Of a DNA stretch of 50,347 bases, positions 32,136-44,494 are shown piece after piece. The stretch covers positions 1-50,347 of the forward strand of contig JAZTYE010000004.1 in assembly GCA_045636765.1 (NCBI GenBank), in the 5' to 3' direction. This DNA comes from Candidatus Egerieisoma sp. Lineage in GTDB: Bacteria > Bacteroidota > Bacteroidia > Bacteroidales > UBA932. The stretch's first letter is position 1; each line of letters starts with the position of its first letter. The notes below the pieces were generated by a model. The model was not told the origin of the DNA. It searched no databases and saw only the letters and a program-made list of their open reading frames with translations. Position numbers and translations under genes: made by a program.

Positions 32136-33770
32136 ATGAAAAGAATTTTATTTATACTGCTTATAGCTGTTCCGTTTTTTGCAAATGGACAAAACCAGAC
32201 AATTGATCCTACTGTAGAGGTTAACCGCCAGTTCCAGGGCAAAATAATGGAGCTTGCAAAAGGGAAACTAAATACCACACTTGCAGACTCATTGAACATT
32301 TTTAACGTTGATTTCAATTATTCTTTCTTTAACAGACAGTACAAGGATTTATATGAATTCTCACCTCTGCCTTCAGTTTCAACATCAAACGAAAAGGCCC
32401 ATGAGTACAAATTTATGGCAAAGGGGGGAATTGGAGTTCCACTATCTCCTGAGGCTGCAATCTGGTATACACCTGTAAAAGGGGAAAAAGATTTTCTCTC
32501 AATAGCCGGAGAGTGGAACATGTTCAGCAAAAAGCAATATAAAGAGCAGAACTACGGAGCCAAAGGAAACTATACCCATATCTTCAAATGGGGAGAGGCC
32601 GCACTATCTGCCGCTTTTGGCGGTGGTTCAAATAAAATTGGATCTGAAGGAGGCACATTCAGCCATAATTTCTACCAACTCTCAGCAGCAGGCAAACTAA
32701 AACCATTTGAGGCAAGGCAGACCGGAAGAAAATTCAACTGGGAACTGGGCGGAAGCTACAAAAGGACTCGGGACAAATCCTCGGCCAGCTTGAGTGAAAA
32801 TTACGGCAAATTTGAGGGGTATTTTGGCCCTACATTCGGCAGATACAGCCAATTGTCGGTAAATGTATCGGCAAGCGGTGTGGATTATGATACAGCTGCT
32901 GATTTTTGGTACGGTCTGATTGATATAACCCCACAGTATAAATTTGAGAGGGGTGATATGACAGTGAATCTTGGCGTAACTTTGTCGGGAAAATTTATAA
33001 GCAACAAAGAGGCAGAAGTGGACAAATACCACAACTTCATCTCTCCTGCCGTAAAGCTCACTTTTTCCCTACTTAAGGAGAGACTTTGGTTATATGGAGT
33101 ATTGGATGGCAAAAATCATTTGAATGCATGGTCTTCCATTCTGCAGGAAAACAGATATATAAACCCTGCATATTCCCCTGCAAATCTGTTTGCCGGCTCC
33201 ACCCCCCTTAATGCCGAGATGGGATTAAAAGGAAGGGCTACAGATAAATTCACCTACAGCATCTACGCAAGATATGCAGTACACAAAGGGATGCTGCAGT
33301 ATGCATACTTTGAGGATGGGGGATGGTACAACACATTCAACTCCAACCATAACGAATTTGGGGCCGGAGCGGAGTTCACAGCCAAAATGGAAAATTTCAT
33401 TATTGGAGGAGAGTTCTGTTATACATCTTTCAGCAAGGGGAAAAACTCTACCTTCGCCGACGGATTATATGCATGTGGGAAACCCAAGTTGAGCGGGAAA
33501 GTGGAGGCAATGTACAACTGGAAAGGGGGGATTTCTGCAGGCTTGGCCTGCAAGGCCTGGGGAAGCTTTTATGCCGCCCTTTGGAGCGGACAGCAGGTTG
33601 AAGAGGTAGGGGGAAATGCAGATATTGACATCAACGTGCAATATGCCGTTTCACCGCTTCTGAGCGTGTATCTGAAGGGTGAAAACATACTTGGTTCCCC
33701 ATCTGTGAACCACCCTTTCACCATTGGCAGAGGAGGGTGCATAATTGGTGGAATTATTGTCAAATTATAG
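32136..33770 (+). CDS. Predicted outer-membrane beta-barrel protein (uncharacterised)
   Basis: Signal peptide MKRILFILLIAVPFFANG-Q. The sequence is rich in Gly, Tyr and aromatic residues with alternating-hydrophobicity strands. It starts 5 nt after the TPR stop. The function is inferred only from composition. Confidence 0.5.
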   Translation: MKRILFILLIAVPFFANGQNQTIDPTVEVNRQFQGKIMELAKGKLNTTLADSLNIFNVDFNYSFFNRQYKDLYEFSPLPSVSTSNEKAHEYKFMAKGGIGVPLSPEAAIWYTPVKGEKDFLSIAGEWNMFSKKQYKEQNYGAKGNYTHIFKWGEAALSAAFGGGSNKIGSEGGTFSHNFYQLSAAGKLKPFEARQTGRKFNWELGGSYKRTRDKSSASLSENYGKFEGYFGPTFGRYSQLSVNVSASGVDYDTAADFWYGLIDITPQYKFERGDMTVNLGVTLSGKFISNKEAEVDKYHNFISPAVKLTFSLLKERLWLYGVLDGKNHLNAWSSILQENRYINPAYSPANLFAGSTPLNAEMGLKGRATDKFTYSIYARYAVHKGMLQYAYFEDGGWYNTFNSNHNEFGAGAEFTAKMENFIIGGEFCYTSFSKGKNSTFADGLYACGKPKLSGKVEAMYNWKGGISAGLACKAWGSFYAALWSGQQVEEVGGNADIDINVQYAVSPLLSVYLKGENILGSPSVNHPFTIGRGGCIIGGIIVKL

Positions 33771-33804
33771 ACCTTTTCCACTTGCTTAAGTCCATTGTTT
33801 TTGC

Positions 33805-33812
33805 TATATTTG
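33805..33812 (+). promoter_or_regulatory. Candidate -7 box for gyrB
   Basis: TATATTTG lies 23 nt upstream of the ATG at 33835. Confidence 0.4.
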
Positions 33813-33828
33813 TATGTTAAAAATTTAA

Positions 33829-36760
<2,932 letters not shown>

Positions 36761-36771
36761 TATACTGCATT

Positions 36772-37605
36772 ATGAAAGTTGTAATTATAACCGGAGCAAG
36801 TTCAGGTATAGGCCTGGCAGCAGCAAAGGCTTTTGCTGCAAAAGGTGACTGCGTTGTACTTGCAGCTAGAAATATTGAGAAACTCAGGAGCACCGTTGCT
36901 GTTCTCAGCAACAAATATGGTGAGACTGCAAGAGTGTCAGACAACAGAGTTACAAGATTCCTTGCCGTAGAGACAGATGTAACCAAAGAGGAGGATTGCA
37001 GGAATCTTATAGAAAAGGCAATTGAGAATTACGGCAGGATAGATGTCCTTGTAAATAATGCGGGAATATCCATGAGAGCCATGTTCAGGGACTTGAATTT
37101 GAGCGTTATCAAGAACCTCATGGATGTAAATTTCTGGGGAACGGTATATTGTACAAAATACGCCTTACCATACCTGCTTAATGTAAAAGGTTCTGTAGTT
37201 GGAGTTATCTCAATTGCAGGCTTCAAAGGGCTCCCTGCAAGGACAGGATACAGCTCTTCTAAATTTGCCGTTTACGGGTTCCTTGACACACTGCGTGTAG
37301 AGCATCTTAAAGACGGGTTGCATGTAATGATTTTTGCCCCTGGCTTTACCGCATCAAATATAAGAATCACAGCACTTACTGCAGATGGTTCTCCACAGGG
37401 AAAAACTCCAAGATCTGAGGGAAACATGATGAGTGCAGAGAGCGTTGCCCAACGCCTTGTAAAAGGCGTATACAGGAGAAAACGCCAGGTTGTCCTCACC
37501 CCTATAGGCAAGCTTACAGTTTGGCTCAATAAATTCTTCCCACGACTTGTTGACCGTCTGGAATACAACTACATGAAAAAAGAACCGGATTCTCCGTTGA
37601 AATAA
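36772..37605 (+). CDS. Short-chain dehydrogenase/reductase (SDR) family oxidoreductase
   Basis: Cofactor motif TGASSGIG, NNAG, and the catalytic YSSSK (Y-x3-K). Confidence 0.88.
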   Translation: MKVVIITGASSGIGLAAAKAFAAKGDCVVLAARNIEKLRSTVAVLSNKYGETARVSDNRVTRFLAVETDVTKEEDCRNLIEKAIENYGRIDVLVNNAGISMRAMFRDLNLSVIKNLMDVNFWGTVYCTKYALPYLLNVKGSVVGVISIAGFKGLPARTGYSSSKFAVYGFLDTLRVEHLKDGLHVMIFAPGFTASNIRITALTADGSPQGKTPRSEGNMMSAESVAQRLVKGVYRRKRQVVLTPIGKLTVWLNKFFPRLVDRLEYNYMKKEPDSPLK

Positions 37606-37645
37606 TAAAAATGGGATGCCCCGCTTGGACATCCCATTTTTTTAT
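37606..37645. terminator. Bidirectional terminator between the convergent SDR and secreted-protein genes
   Basis: AAAAATGGGATG...CATCCCATTTTTTT: an 8-bp stem flanked by an A-run and a T-run. Confidence 0.65.
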
Positions 37646-38970
37646 TTTACTTTAACCTTAATTGTATACGGCACTCCATTGAGTACATCTGTTCTGCCAG
37701 TGTAAACTACACCGTTCTCTCCAAATTCTGAATCTGGTGCAGTTTCACAGAATACAGAAATGTAATATTTCCCTTCTGCCGGCCTCTTTATTATAAGTTT
37801 CTTGTTGCTCCCTGCAGATTCATCTTTATATTCCGCTTCTGAAAGAAAGGCAAATCCATCTTTATGGGCAGCTAAAGAGAGGTTCAAATCATCTGCGCCT
37901 TTGTAACCTTTAAGATCAATCTCAAGCTTTCTGGTACCCTTTGGCACTTCTACAGTAAAATGATGATACTGTCTGTCACCTATTTTGGCAAATGCCGGAT
38001 CATTATCCTCTGTATCCCTATTCATGTGGCGCAACTGGCCAGAAATCAGCTCTCCCTTTACAACAGGGCTGCCGGTATTATCCATTGCGTACTGCAGGAA
38101 TGCAGCCATAAGATGAAGCCTCTCCCCTTCTGTTATCTCCTCAGGGTGTGAAGACATTGATATTACAGTACCTGCCATTTCATTTGCTTTGTATGCCCAG
38201 CAGGTAACCTTGTTGTCAATGCTCGGACCTTGAGGAGGAATAGTATCATAATCAACCCTCAACAACGGCAATGTACCCGCAGGAGGACAATCCTGAGGTT
38301 CCAGAGCAGCGTATGGTCCATTAAGGTGGTAGATATTCTCCACTTTTCTGTCTCCTCCAAAATCGTAGTATTTAAGCAGAGGGGAATCCTCTTCCATATA
38401 CATTGTAAGGTATTTGTCAGCTAGATATGTATCCCTTACCCTGCCAGGCCAGATTCCAAGATAATTCTTGTTGGGGGTGTAGTTGTCATTTACATCTATA
38501 TACCCCTCGGATGCCACAAATGCCCCCGCACAGGTTCCCACATATGAACCGCCTGCTGCAACATATTCCCTTATCCTCTCTCTTCCATCCTCACCCAATG
38601 ACCTTCCGTGAGATCCTGCCAGTCCGCCATTTACATAAAGAAGTCTGAAACGGGGTGATCCGTCGGGATACAGGAGGGCTCCATTGGTATCCCCTTCCCA
38701 ACCTGCAAAACATTTGTGCTGCATAAGGGTGTCATTCCTGGTACCGGCGAGAACAGTGCGTAGAAACACATCATACTCAGCCCCCAGAAAATCCGCCGCA
38801 ATAAGATTCTTGCGGCCATACAGCTGTATTCCGCTATCCATAAAGATCTCTTTATAAAAACCGTCCTTTTTGTCTCTCCAGCTGCTGCCAGCCACTTTCT
38901 CCTGTGCAACCGCATCCGCTGACACAATGAGCATCAGAAATGCAAACAGTTTTATTTTCATATTTTTCAT
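37642..38970 (-). CDS. Secreted protein: class-I glutamine-amidotransferase-like (BPL_N-like) domain plus C-terminal pre-peptidase (PPC)-type beta-sandwich
   Basis: Signal peptide MKNMKIKLFAFLMLIVSADAVA-Q. Nucleophile-elbow-like GGSYVGTCAGAFVAS. The C-terminal YHHFTVEVPKGTRKLEIDLKG...GKYYISVF resembles PPC domains. I reset the start from the TTG at 39009. Confidence 0.55.
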   Translation of the reverse strand: MKNMKIKLFAFLMLIVSADAVAQEKVAGSSWRDKKDGFYKEIFMDSGIQLYGRKNLIAADFLGAEYDVFLRTVLAGTRNDTLMQHKCFAGWEGDTNGALLYPDGSPRFRLLYVNGGLAGSHGRSLGEDGRERIREYVAAGGSYVGTCAGAFVASEGYIDVNDNYTPNKNYLGIWPGRVRDTYLADKYLTMYMEEDSPLLKYYDFGGDRKVENIYHLNGPYAALEPQDCPPAGTLPLLRVDYDTIPPQGPSIDNKVTCWAYKANEMAGTVISMSSHPEEITEGERLHLMAAFLQYAMDNTGSPVVKGELISGQLRHMNRDTEDNDPAFAKIGDRQYHHFTVEVPKGTRKLEIDLKGYKGADDLNLSLAAHKDGFAFLSEAEYKDESAGSNKKLIIKRPAEGKYYISVFCETAPDSEFGENGVVYTGRTDVLNGVPYTIKVKVK

Positions 38971-38982
38971 AATATTCCCTAT

Positions 38983-39007
38983 AAAAAAGCCCCCTTGCAA
39001 AGGAGGC
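38983..39007 (-). terminator. Terminator-like hairpin after the 2-hydroxyacid dehydrogenase gene
   Basis: The minus strand reads GCCTCC-TTTGCAA-GGGGGC followed by TTTTTTA. It sits only ~15 nt before the next ATG, so it may attenuate rather than fully terminate. Confidence 0.4.
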
Positions 39008-39013
39008 AATATT

Positions 39014-39943
39014 TTAGTTATTCTTTATATTCTCTGCTATCTTGTCAACCAAGCATTTTCTTGCCTCCTGGCTTGCCCAGCCTATGTGAGGAGTAAGGAG
39101 TATCTTGGAAGGATCTGCAACCTTAAAATAAGGGGAATCTAGCGGTAGAGGTTCTTTTGAGAATACATCAACACCTGCACCTGCCATAAGGTTATCATTT
39201 AGTGCCTGAACAAGATCTGCCTCATTAATGATACCGCCACGTCCAAGGTTAATGATGTAAGCTGTTGGTTTCATCATCTTAAGCTGCTCATATCCAATAA
39301 GATTGTTTGTACGCTCATTTAATGGGCAATGTACGGATATAACATCACATGTACTCATAAGTTCCTCTAGAGAAACTGCCTTGAACTCATCTGAATGAGG
39401 GTTGCCGCTGGTAGAGTAGTAAACCACCTCCATACCAAAAGCCTGCGCAATACGGGCAACCTTGCCACCAATATTACCCAAACCTACAACTCCATATTTC
39501 TTTCCTTTAAGCTCCCAGAAACATTTGCTGACATCTGTAAATGAAGGGCCTTTAGAATAGTTTCCGCTCTTTACAGCGCTATCAAAGTACGGCATTTGTC
39601 CCACAAGTGAAAGGACCATTCCAAAAGTTACCTGAACAACGCTCTCTGTAGAGTATCCAATTGCATTTTTAACAGGAATTCCCTTGCTGTTTGCATACGG
39701 AATGTCAACATTGTTGGTGCCTGTTGCAGCCACACAAATAAGTTTAAGTGTAGGACAAGCATCAATCTGCTCCTTTCCAATAACCACTTTATTTGTAATG
39801 ATGACATCAAATCCCTGAATTCTCTCAAAAACCTCCTCCGGTTTGGTAAAAGGGTATGTAACAAGTTCTCCCTGTGCAGCAATAGGCTCCAAAGAAATGT
39901 CACTTCCTATTGTATCTGCATCCAAAAAAACAATTTTTCTCAT
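39014..39943 (-). CDS. D-isomer-specific 2-hydroxyacid dehydrogenase (glycerate/hydroxypyruvate reductase-like)
   Basis: NAD-binding GVVGLGNIGGKVA, the catalytic region INLGRGGII..E, and PHIGWAS. Confidence 0.85.
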   Translation of the reverse strand: MRKIVFLDADTIGSDISLEPIAAQGELVTYPFTKPEEVFERIQGFDVIITNKVVIGKEQIDACPTLKLICVAATGTNNVDIPYANSKGIPVKNAIGYSTESVVQVTFGMVLSLVGQMPYFDSAVKSGNYSKGPSFTDVSKCFWELKGKKYGVVGLGNIGGKVARIAQAFGMEVVYYSTSGNPHSDEFKAVSLEELMSTCDVISVHCPLNERTNNLIGYEQLKMMKPTAYIINLGRGGIINEADLVQALNDNLMAGAGVDVFSKEPLPLDSPYFKVADPSKILLTPHIGWASQEARKCLVDKIAENIKNN

Positions 39944-39969
39944 AACTTAACTTTTTTCTTCCCGATAAA

Positions 39970-40893
39970 TTATTTAGAAAGCATCTCTGTAATTGGAGCC
40001 AAAGCCCTTGCAGAAATCTCAGCAGGAACTTTCACCTCAAATTTCTCATCCCTCAGCGCCTCATATACAGCCTCCAATGTAGCAAGCTTCATATAGTGGC
40101 ACACAATCTTATCTGAAACAGGTATAAACTCCTTATCCGGATTATCCTTACTCAATTTATGCAATGTACCAACTTCTGTAGCAATGATGAACTGCTTTTT
40201 AGGACTCTGGGAAGCATGTTTTAGGATTCCTGATGTAGAATACATGTAGCAGTTTGGATTCTCCAAAATAACAGAATCACTTGAGCAGGCACTCTCAGGG
40301 TGAATAAGCACATCAGCCTCCGGGTATTTTGCCATCATATCCAACACCATTCTGGTATCTACCTGGTCATGTACTTTGCAACATCCGTCATAAAGCTCCA
40401 TATCCCTGCCTGTCTGTGAAATGATGTATGAACCCAGGTTTTTGTCGGGAACAAAGAAAACTTTCTTGTCTGCAGGCAGTCCTTTTACAATAGAAAGGGC
40501 ATTGGCACTTGTGCAGCATATATCTGTATAGCTCTTAACATCTGCAGTGGTGTTTACATAGCTCACAACCAAACCATCCGGGTTGGCAGCTTTCCAGTCT
40601 GCCAAGTTTTTGCCACAAACTCCATCTGCAAGGGTACAACCTGCCCCAAGAGCAGGTACAAGAACTTTTTTGTTTGGAGAGATAAGGGCTGCAGTCTCAG
40701 CCATAAAATGAACTCCTGCAAAGACAATGATGTCAGCATCAGCACTGCCTGCCTTGCGCGAAAGCTCAAGCGAATCTCCAAGGAAGTCTGCAATATCCTG
40801 AACATCAGGATTTGAATAGTAGTGGGCAAGCACTATTGCATTCTTCTCTTTTTTAAGTTCTTCTATCTTCTGTACAAGTTCCTCTCTTGTCAT
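39970..40893 (-). CDS. nadA: Quinolinate synthase
   Basis: 307 aa with AHYY, FAGVHFMAE and conserved Cys ligands. It lies in a nadB-nadC-nadA cluster. Confidence 0.93.
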   Translation of the reverse strand: MTREELVQKIEELKKEKNAIVLAHYYSNPDVQDIADFLGDSLELSRKAGSADADIIVFAGVHFMAETAALISPNKKVLVPALGAGCTLADGVCGKNLADWKAANPDGLVVSYVNTTADVKSYTDICCTSANALSIVKGLPADKKVFFVPDKNLGSYIISQTGRDMELYDGCCKVHDQVDTRMVLDMMAKYPEADVLIHPESACSSDSVILENPNCYMYSTSGILKHASQSPKKQFIIATEVGTLHKLSKDNPDKEFIPVSDKIVCHYMKLATLEAVYEALRDEKFEVKVPAEISARALAPITEMLSK

Positions 40894-40904
40894 ATACTGT
40901 AGTT

Positions 40905-41759
40905 TTACTTCTCAACCTGAATGTTCATACTGATATCCATTCCCTTAACGGTATGGGTAAGGGCTCCTACGCTAATGTAGTCAACACCTGTAGCAGCTAC
41001 CTCTACAAGACGTGGAATACTCATGTTTCCAGATGCCTCTGTCTTTATTCCTTTGCCGGCAGCCTTAATGGTAGCTACAGCCTGGGCCATTGTGGCGTTG
41101 TCCATATTGTCAAGCATAATGATATCTGCCCCTGCTGCAATTGCCTGGTCAACCTCAGAAAGGTTTGTTGTCTCAACCTCAATCTTAATATCAGGAGAGA
41201 TATTGCCCCTTACCTGCTCAACAGCCTTTGCAATGCCGCCAGCCATTTTAATATGATTGTCTTTAATCATAGCCATGTCATAAAGGCCCATTCTGTGGTT
41301 TGTACCACCACCGTCTTTAACTGCCATCTTGTCCAACACACGCAAACCCGGAGCGGTCTTGCGGGTATCCAAAAGCTCTGTTGTGCTACCTTTAAGCTCC
41401 TTTACATATTTTGCTGTCTCTGTTCCAATACCGCACATCCTCTGGAAAATGTTCAAAGAAAGTCTCTCTCCCTTAAGGAGTGTAGGATATGAAGCCTCAA
41501 TACGCAATAGTACGTCACCTTTCTTTACAGAATCTCCATTTTTGAAATAAGGTGTATAGACTATATCTTTCTGGAATCTTTCATAAACCTTTTTAATGAC
41601 CTCTATTCCTGAGATTACACCATCCTGTTTTGCAGTCATTGTAGCAACCGCATTCATAGACTCCGGAATAATTGAATCAGTTGTCACATCACCTGTGTTG
41701 ATATCCTCTTCCAAGCCAAGATCTATCAGTTTGTCTATTAAATTCTCGTACTGTTTCAT
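40905..41759 (-). CDS. nadC: Nicotinate-nucleotide pyrophosphorylase (carboxylating)
   Basis: 284 aa with DTRKTAPGLR, KDNH and IMLDNM motifs. Confidence 0.94.
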   Translation of the reverse strand: MKQYENLIDKLIDLGLEEDINTGDVTTDSIIPESMNAVATMTAKQDGVISGIEVIKKVYERFQKDIVYTPYFKNGDSVKKGDVLLRIEASYPTLLKGERLSLNIFQRMCGIGTETAKYVKELKGSTTELLDTRKTAPGLRVLDKMAVKDGGGTNHRMGLYDMAMIKDNHIKMAGGIAKAVEQVRGNISPDIKIEVETTNLSEVDQAIAAGADIIMLDNMDNATMAQAVATIKAAGKGIKTEASGNMSIPRLVEVAATGVDYISVGALTHTVKGMDISMNIQVEK

Positions 41760-41760
41760 A

Positions 41761-43398
41761 TTAAAATCTTAAATAATCATCATTAACTGGGGCTGTAGTT
41801 ATCTCTTTACCCATCTGCTGCACTGAGTGTACCTGGAAGTACTCATCAGTACAAGGGAAATCCTCCCTATAATGTCCACCACGGCTCTCTTTTCTGAGCA
41901 ATGCCGGATTTATGATAAGTGAAGCTACAATAAGCAGTCTCCATGCCGCATCCTCATAATACTCTTTAACCGGAACGGTACTTACAACTTTGCGGTTCAT
42001 CATAAGCTCTGTTGCAAGCTCCTCTATCTTCTTCAATCCCTCCTTAAGTCCTTCCTCGCTCCTTACAATACCAGCATGAGCATTCATAATCTCAGAAACT
42101 CTCAACTTGATGCTATGGTAGAACTCTGCATTTGTCTCATCCCTATAATACTCTTCCTTAAATGCAGGAGTTTTCTCTGGGGCACCGTTCTTTACTGAAT
42201 CTTCAACAGCTCTGTTTGCAAATACAAGACACTCCAACAAAGAGTTTGAAGCAAGTCTGTTTGCACCCATAATGCCTGTAGCCGCTATCTCACCACAAAC
42301 ATAAAGTCTCTGTATATCTGTACCTCCATTCAAATTTGAAACCACACCTCCAACTGTATAGTGGGCTGCCGGAGCAACGGGAATCTCCTGGGTAAGATCA
42401 TAACCGAATTCCTGACATTTTGCAGCAATTGACGGGAAGCGCTTCAATATCTCATCACTGTTAAGATGTTTGAGGGAAAGAACCACATAAGGCATATTAT
42501 CCTTATACATCTGCTTATAAATGGAACGGGCAACAATATCCCTTGGAGCAAGCTCAGCAAGCTCATGGATAGGCACCATAAACCTTCTGCCATCCTTACC
42601 CATCAAATGGGCACCCTCTCCCCTTACAGCCTCACTTATAAGAAATGCCTTGGAAGAATCCTTTATATATAATCCCGACGGATGGAACTGTATAAACTCC
42701 ATATCCATAACCCTGCAACCATTTTTGAATGCTACTGCCAGTCCGTCTCCAATAGTGGTCTGAGGATTGGTAGTACGGGCATAAATTGCAGATGCTCCGC
42801 CGGATGTAAGGAATACATTGTTTGCATAAAGCAGAACCTCACAACCTTTCTCCTTCTCATGTTTGCTCTCACCTAAGGCAGGGTCTTCAGTCCAGCAGCG
42901 GACACCGTAACATACTCCATCCGCTACAAGAAGATCAAGCAAAGAGGTGTTCTCAAACACTTTGATGTTTTCTTTTTCCTCAACTTTGGAAATTACAAAC
43001 TCAGTAATCCAGCGTCCGGTAGAATCTCCTCCAGCATGCAGTATCCTCCTTTTGTGATGTCCACCCTCCAGGCCAAGTGCCAGGGCACCGTTTACAGTGT
43101 CAAACTTCATTCCATCAGCAATGATTTCATCAATTCTGCGTGGGCCTTCATTTACAAGCACATCCACAACAGAATCTTCACACAATCCTCTTCCGGCTAT
43201 CAAAGTATCAGATTTATGAATTTGAGGATCATCCTCAACAGATGTAACGGCAGCAATTCCTCCTTGTGCATTAAATGAATTGCTCTCTCTTACAAACGAC
43301 TTTGTAATTACAGCCACGCTACCTTTAAAAGAAGCCTTATAAGCTGCATACAAACCTGCAAGTCCGCTACCAACAACTATGTAATCAAACTTATGCAT
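41761..43398 (-). CDS. nadB: L-aspartate oxidase
   Basis: FAD motif DYIVVGSGLAGL, the HAGGD region, and ESRGGHYRED near the C-terminus. I set the start at the ATG at 43398 (MHKFDYIVVG). The longer track ORF would run through an upstream hairpin. Confidence 0.93.
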   Translation of the reverse strand: MHKFDYIVVGSGLAGLYAAYKASFKGSVAVITKSFVRESNSFNAQGGIAAVTSVEDDPQIHKSDTLIAGRGLCEDSVVDVLVNEGPRRIDEIIADGMKFDTVNGALALGLEGGHHKRRILHAGGDSTGRWITEFVISKVEEKENIKVFENTSLLDLLVADGVCYGVRCWTEDPALGESKHEKEKGCEVLLYANNVFLTSGGASAIYARTTNPQTTIGDGLAVAFKNGCRVMDMEFIQFHPSGLYIKDSSKAFLISEAVRGEGAHLMGKDGRRFMVPIHELAELAPRDIVARSIYKQMYKDNMPYVVLSLKHLNSDEILKRFPSIAAKCQEFGYDLTQEIPVAPAAHYTVGGVVSNLNGGTDIQRLYVCGEIAATGIMGANRLASNSLLECLVFANRAVEDSVKNGAPEKTPAFKEEYYRDETNAEFYHSIKLRVSEIMNAHAGIVRSEEGLKEGLKKIEELATELMMNRKVVSTVPVKEYYEDAAWRLLIVASLIINPALLRKESRGGHYREDFPCTDEYFQVHSVQQMGKEITTAPVNDDYLRF

Positions 43399-43419
43399 TT
43401 TAGTTTGGGTAAATTTGAA

Positions 43420-43427
43420 CAAATTTA
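43420..43427 (-). promoter_or_regulatory. Candidate -7 box for nadB-nadC-nadA
   Basis: The minus strand reads TAAATTTG, 22 nt upstream of the ATG. It lies inside a 9-bp-stem palindrome (43408-43429). Confidence 0.35.
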
Positions 43428-43482
43428 CCATTTTTTTTTATTCACCATACACCTCTATAATAAAAAATCACAACCTGGATAT

Positions 43483-43511
43483 AAAAAAAAGCTGCCGGGG
43501 CAACCGACAGC
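43483..43511 (-). terminator. Rho-independent terminator after the glucokinase gene
   Basis: The minus strand reads GCTGTCGG-TTGCC-CCGGCAGC followed by a T8 run. Confidence 0.7.
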
Positions 43512-43538
43512 TTTTCAATTATACATAATCCCTCAAGA

Positions 43539-44492
43539 CTACCATGCAAGGGCTGATGCTCCAAGTATAGCAGCATCAGACTCTTTCAGAGCACTTGGCA
43601 ACAGTTTCACTTTACCTTTCCAGATAGAAACCATATTTGCCTCCATAGCCTCTCTGATTGGTTTGAATATGAACTCACCTGCACGGGCAAGACCACCAAA
43701 CACAACAATTGCCTCAGGAGCACTGAACGCTACAAAATCTGCAAATGACTCACCAAGTTTCTTGCCTGTAAACTCAAATATTTTCAACGCAAGTGCATCA
43801 CCTTTCTGGGCTGCTTCAAAAACATCCTTTGATGTAATGTTCTCAACCTCCCTCAAAAGCGACGGCTCATCAGTGAGCTCAAGCCACTCACCCGCAGTAC
43901 GTGCAACACCTATTGCCGAGCAATATGTCTCAAGGCAACCTTTTTTGCCACATCCGCAAGGACGTCCGTTATGTCTCACTGCAGTAACATGACCAAGCTC
44001 TCCGGCAAAACCGTCATGGCCATAAACAAGCTCACCGTTAATGATAATACCACTACCCACGCCTGTACCAAGGGTAATCATTATAAAGTTCTTCATACCT
44101 CTTGCAGCACCGTAAGTCATCTCACCTACAGCTGCTGCATTTGCATCATTTGTAACGGTAACAGGAAGATTCTCCAGTCTTTGGGAAACTTCTTTTGCCA
44201 ACTCTACAACAATACCTTTAGCCCACTCAAGGTTTGCAGCATCCTCAATGGTACCTTTATAGTAGTTTCCGTTAGGAGCTCCTATTCCAACACCCTGTAT
44301 CTGCTCAAAACCAACCTCCTCTGCCAGTTCCTTAATAGTATCACACACATTCTGTATGAACAAGCCAGCCTCCCCAGCTTTATATTTTGATCCAATTACA
44401 GTCTGGGTAACAATATTACCCCTTCTGTCTACAATTCCTATTTTAGTGGTCTGGCCGCCAATATCCACACCAACAACATATGCTTTTTCCAT
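43539..44492 (-). CDS. ROK-family glucokinase
   Basis: N-terminal VGVDIGGQTTK, DANAAAVGE, and the ROK zinc motif GHV....GRPCGCGKKGCLE. Confidence 0.9.
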   Translation of the reverse strand: MEKAYVVGVDIGGQTTKIGIVDRRGNIVTQTVIGSKYKAGEAGLFIQNVCDTIKELAEEVGFEQIQGVGIGAPNGNYYKGTIEDAANLEWAKGIVVELAKEVSQRLENLPVTVTNDANAAAVGEMTYGAARGMKNFIMITLGTGVGSGIIINGELVYGHDGFAGELGHVTAVRHNGRPCGCGKKGCLETYCSAIGVARTAGEWLELTDEPSLLREVENITSKDVFEAAQKGDALALKIFEFTGKKLGESFADFVAFSAPEAIVVFGGLARAGEFIFKPIREAMEANMVSIWKGKVKLLPSALKESDAAILGASALAW

Positions 44493-44494
44493 AA

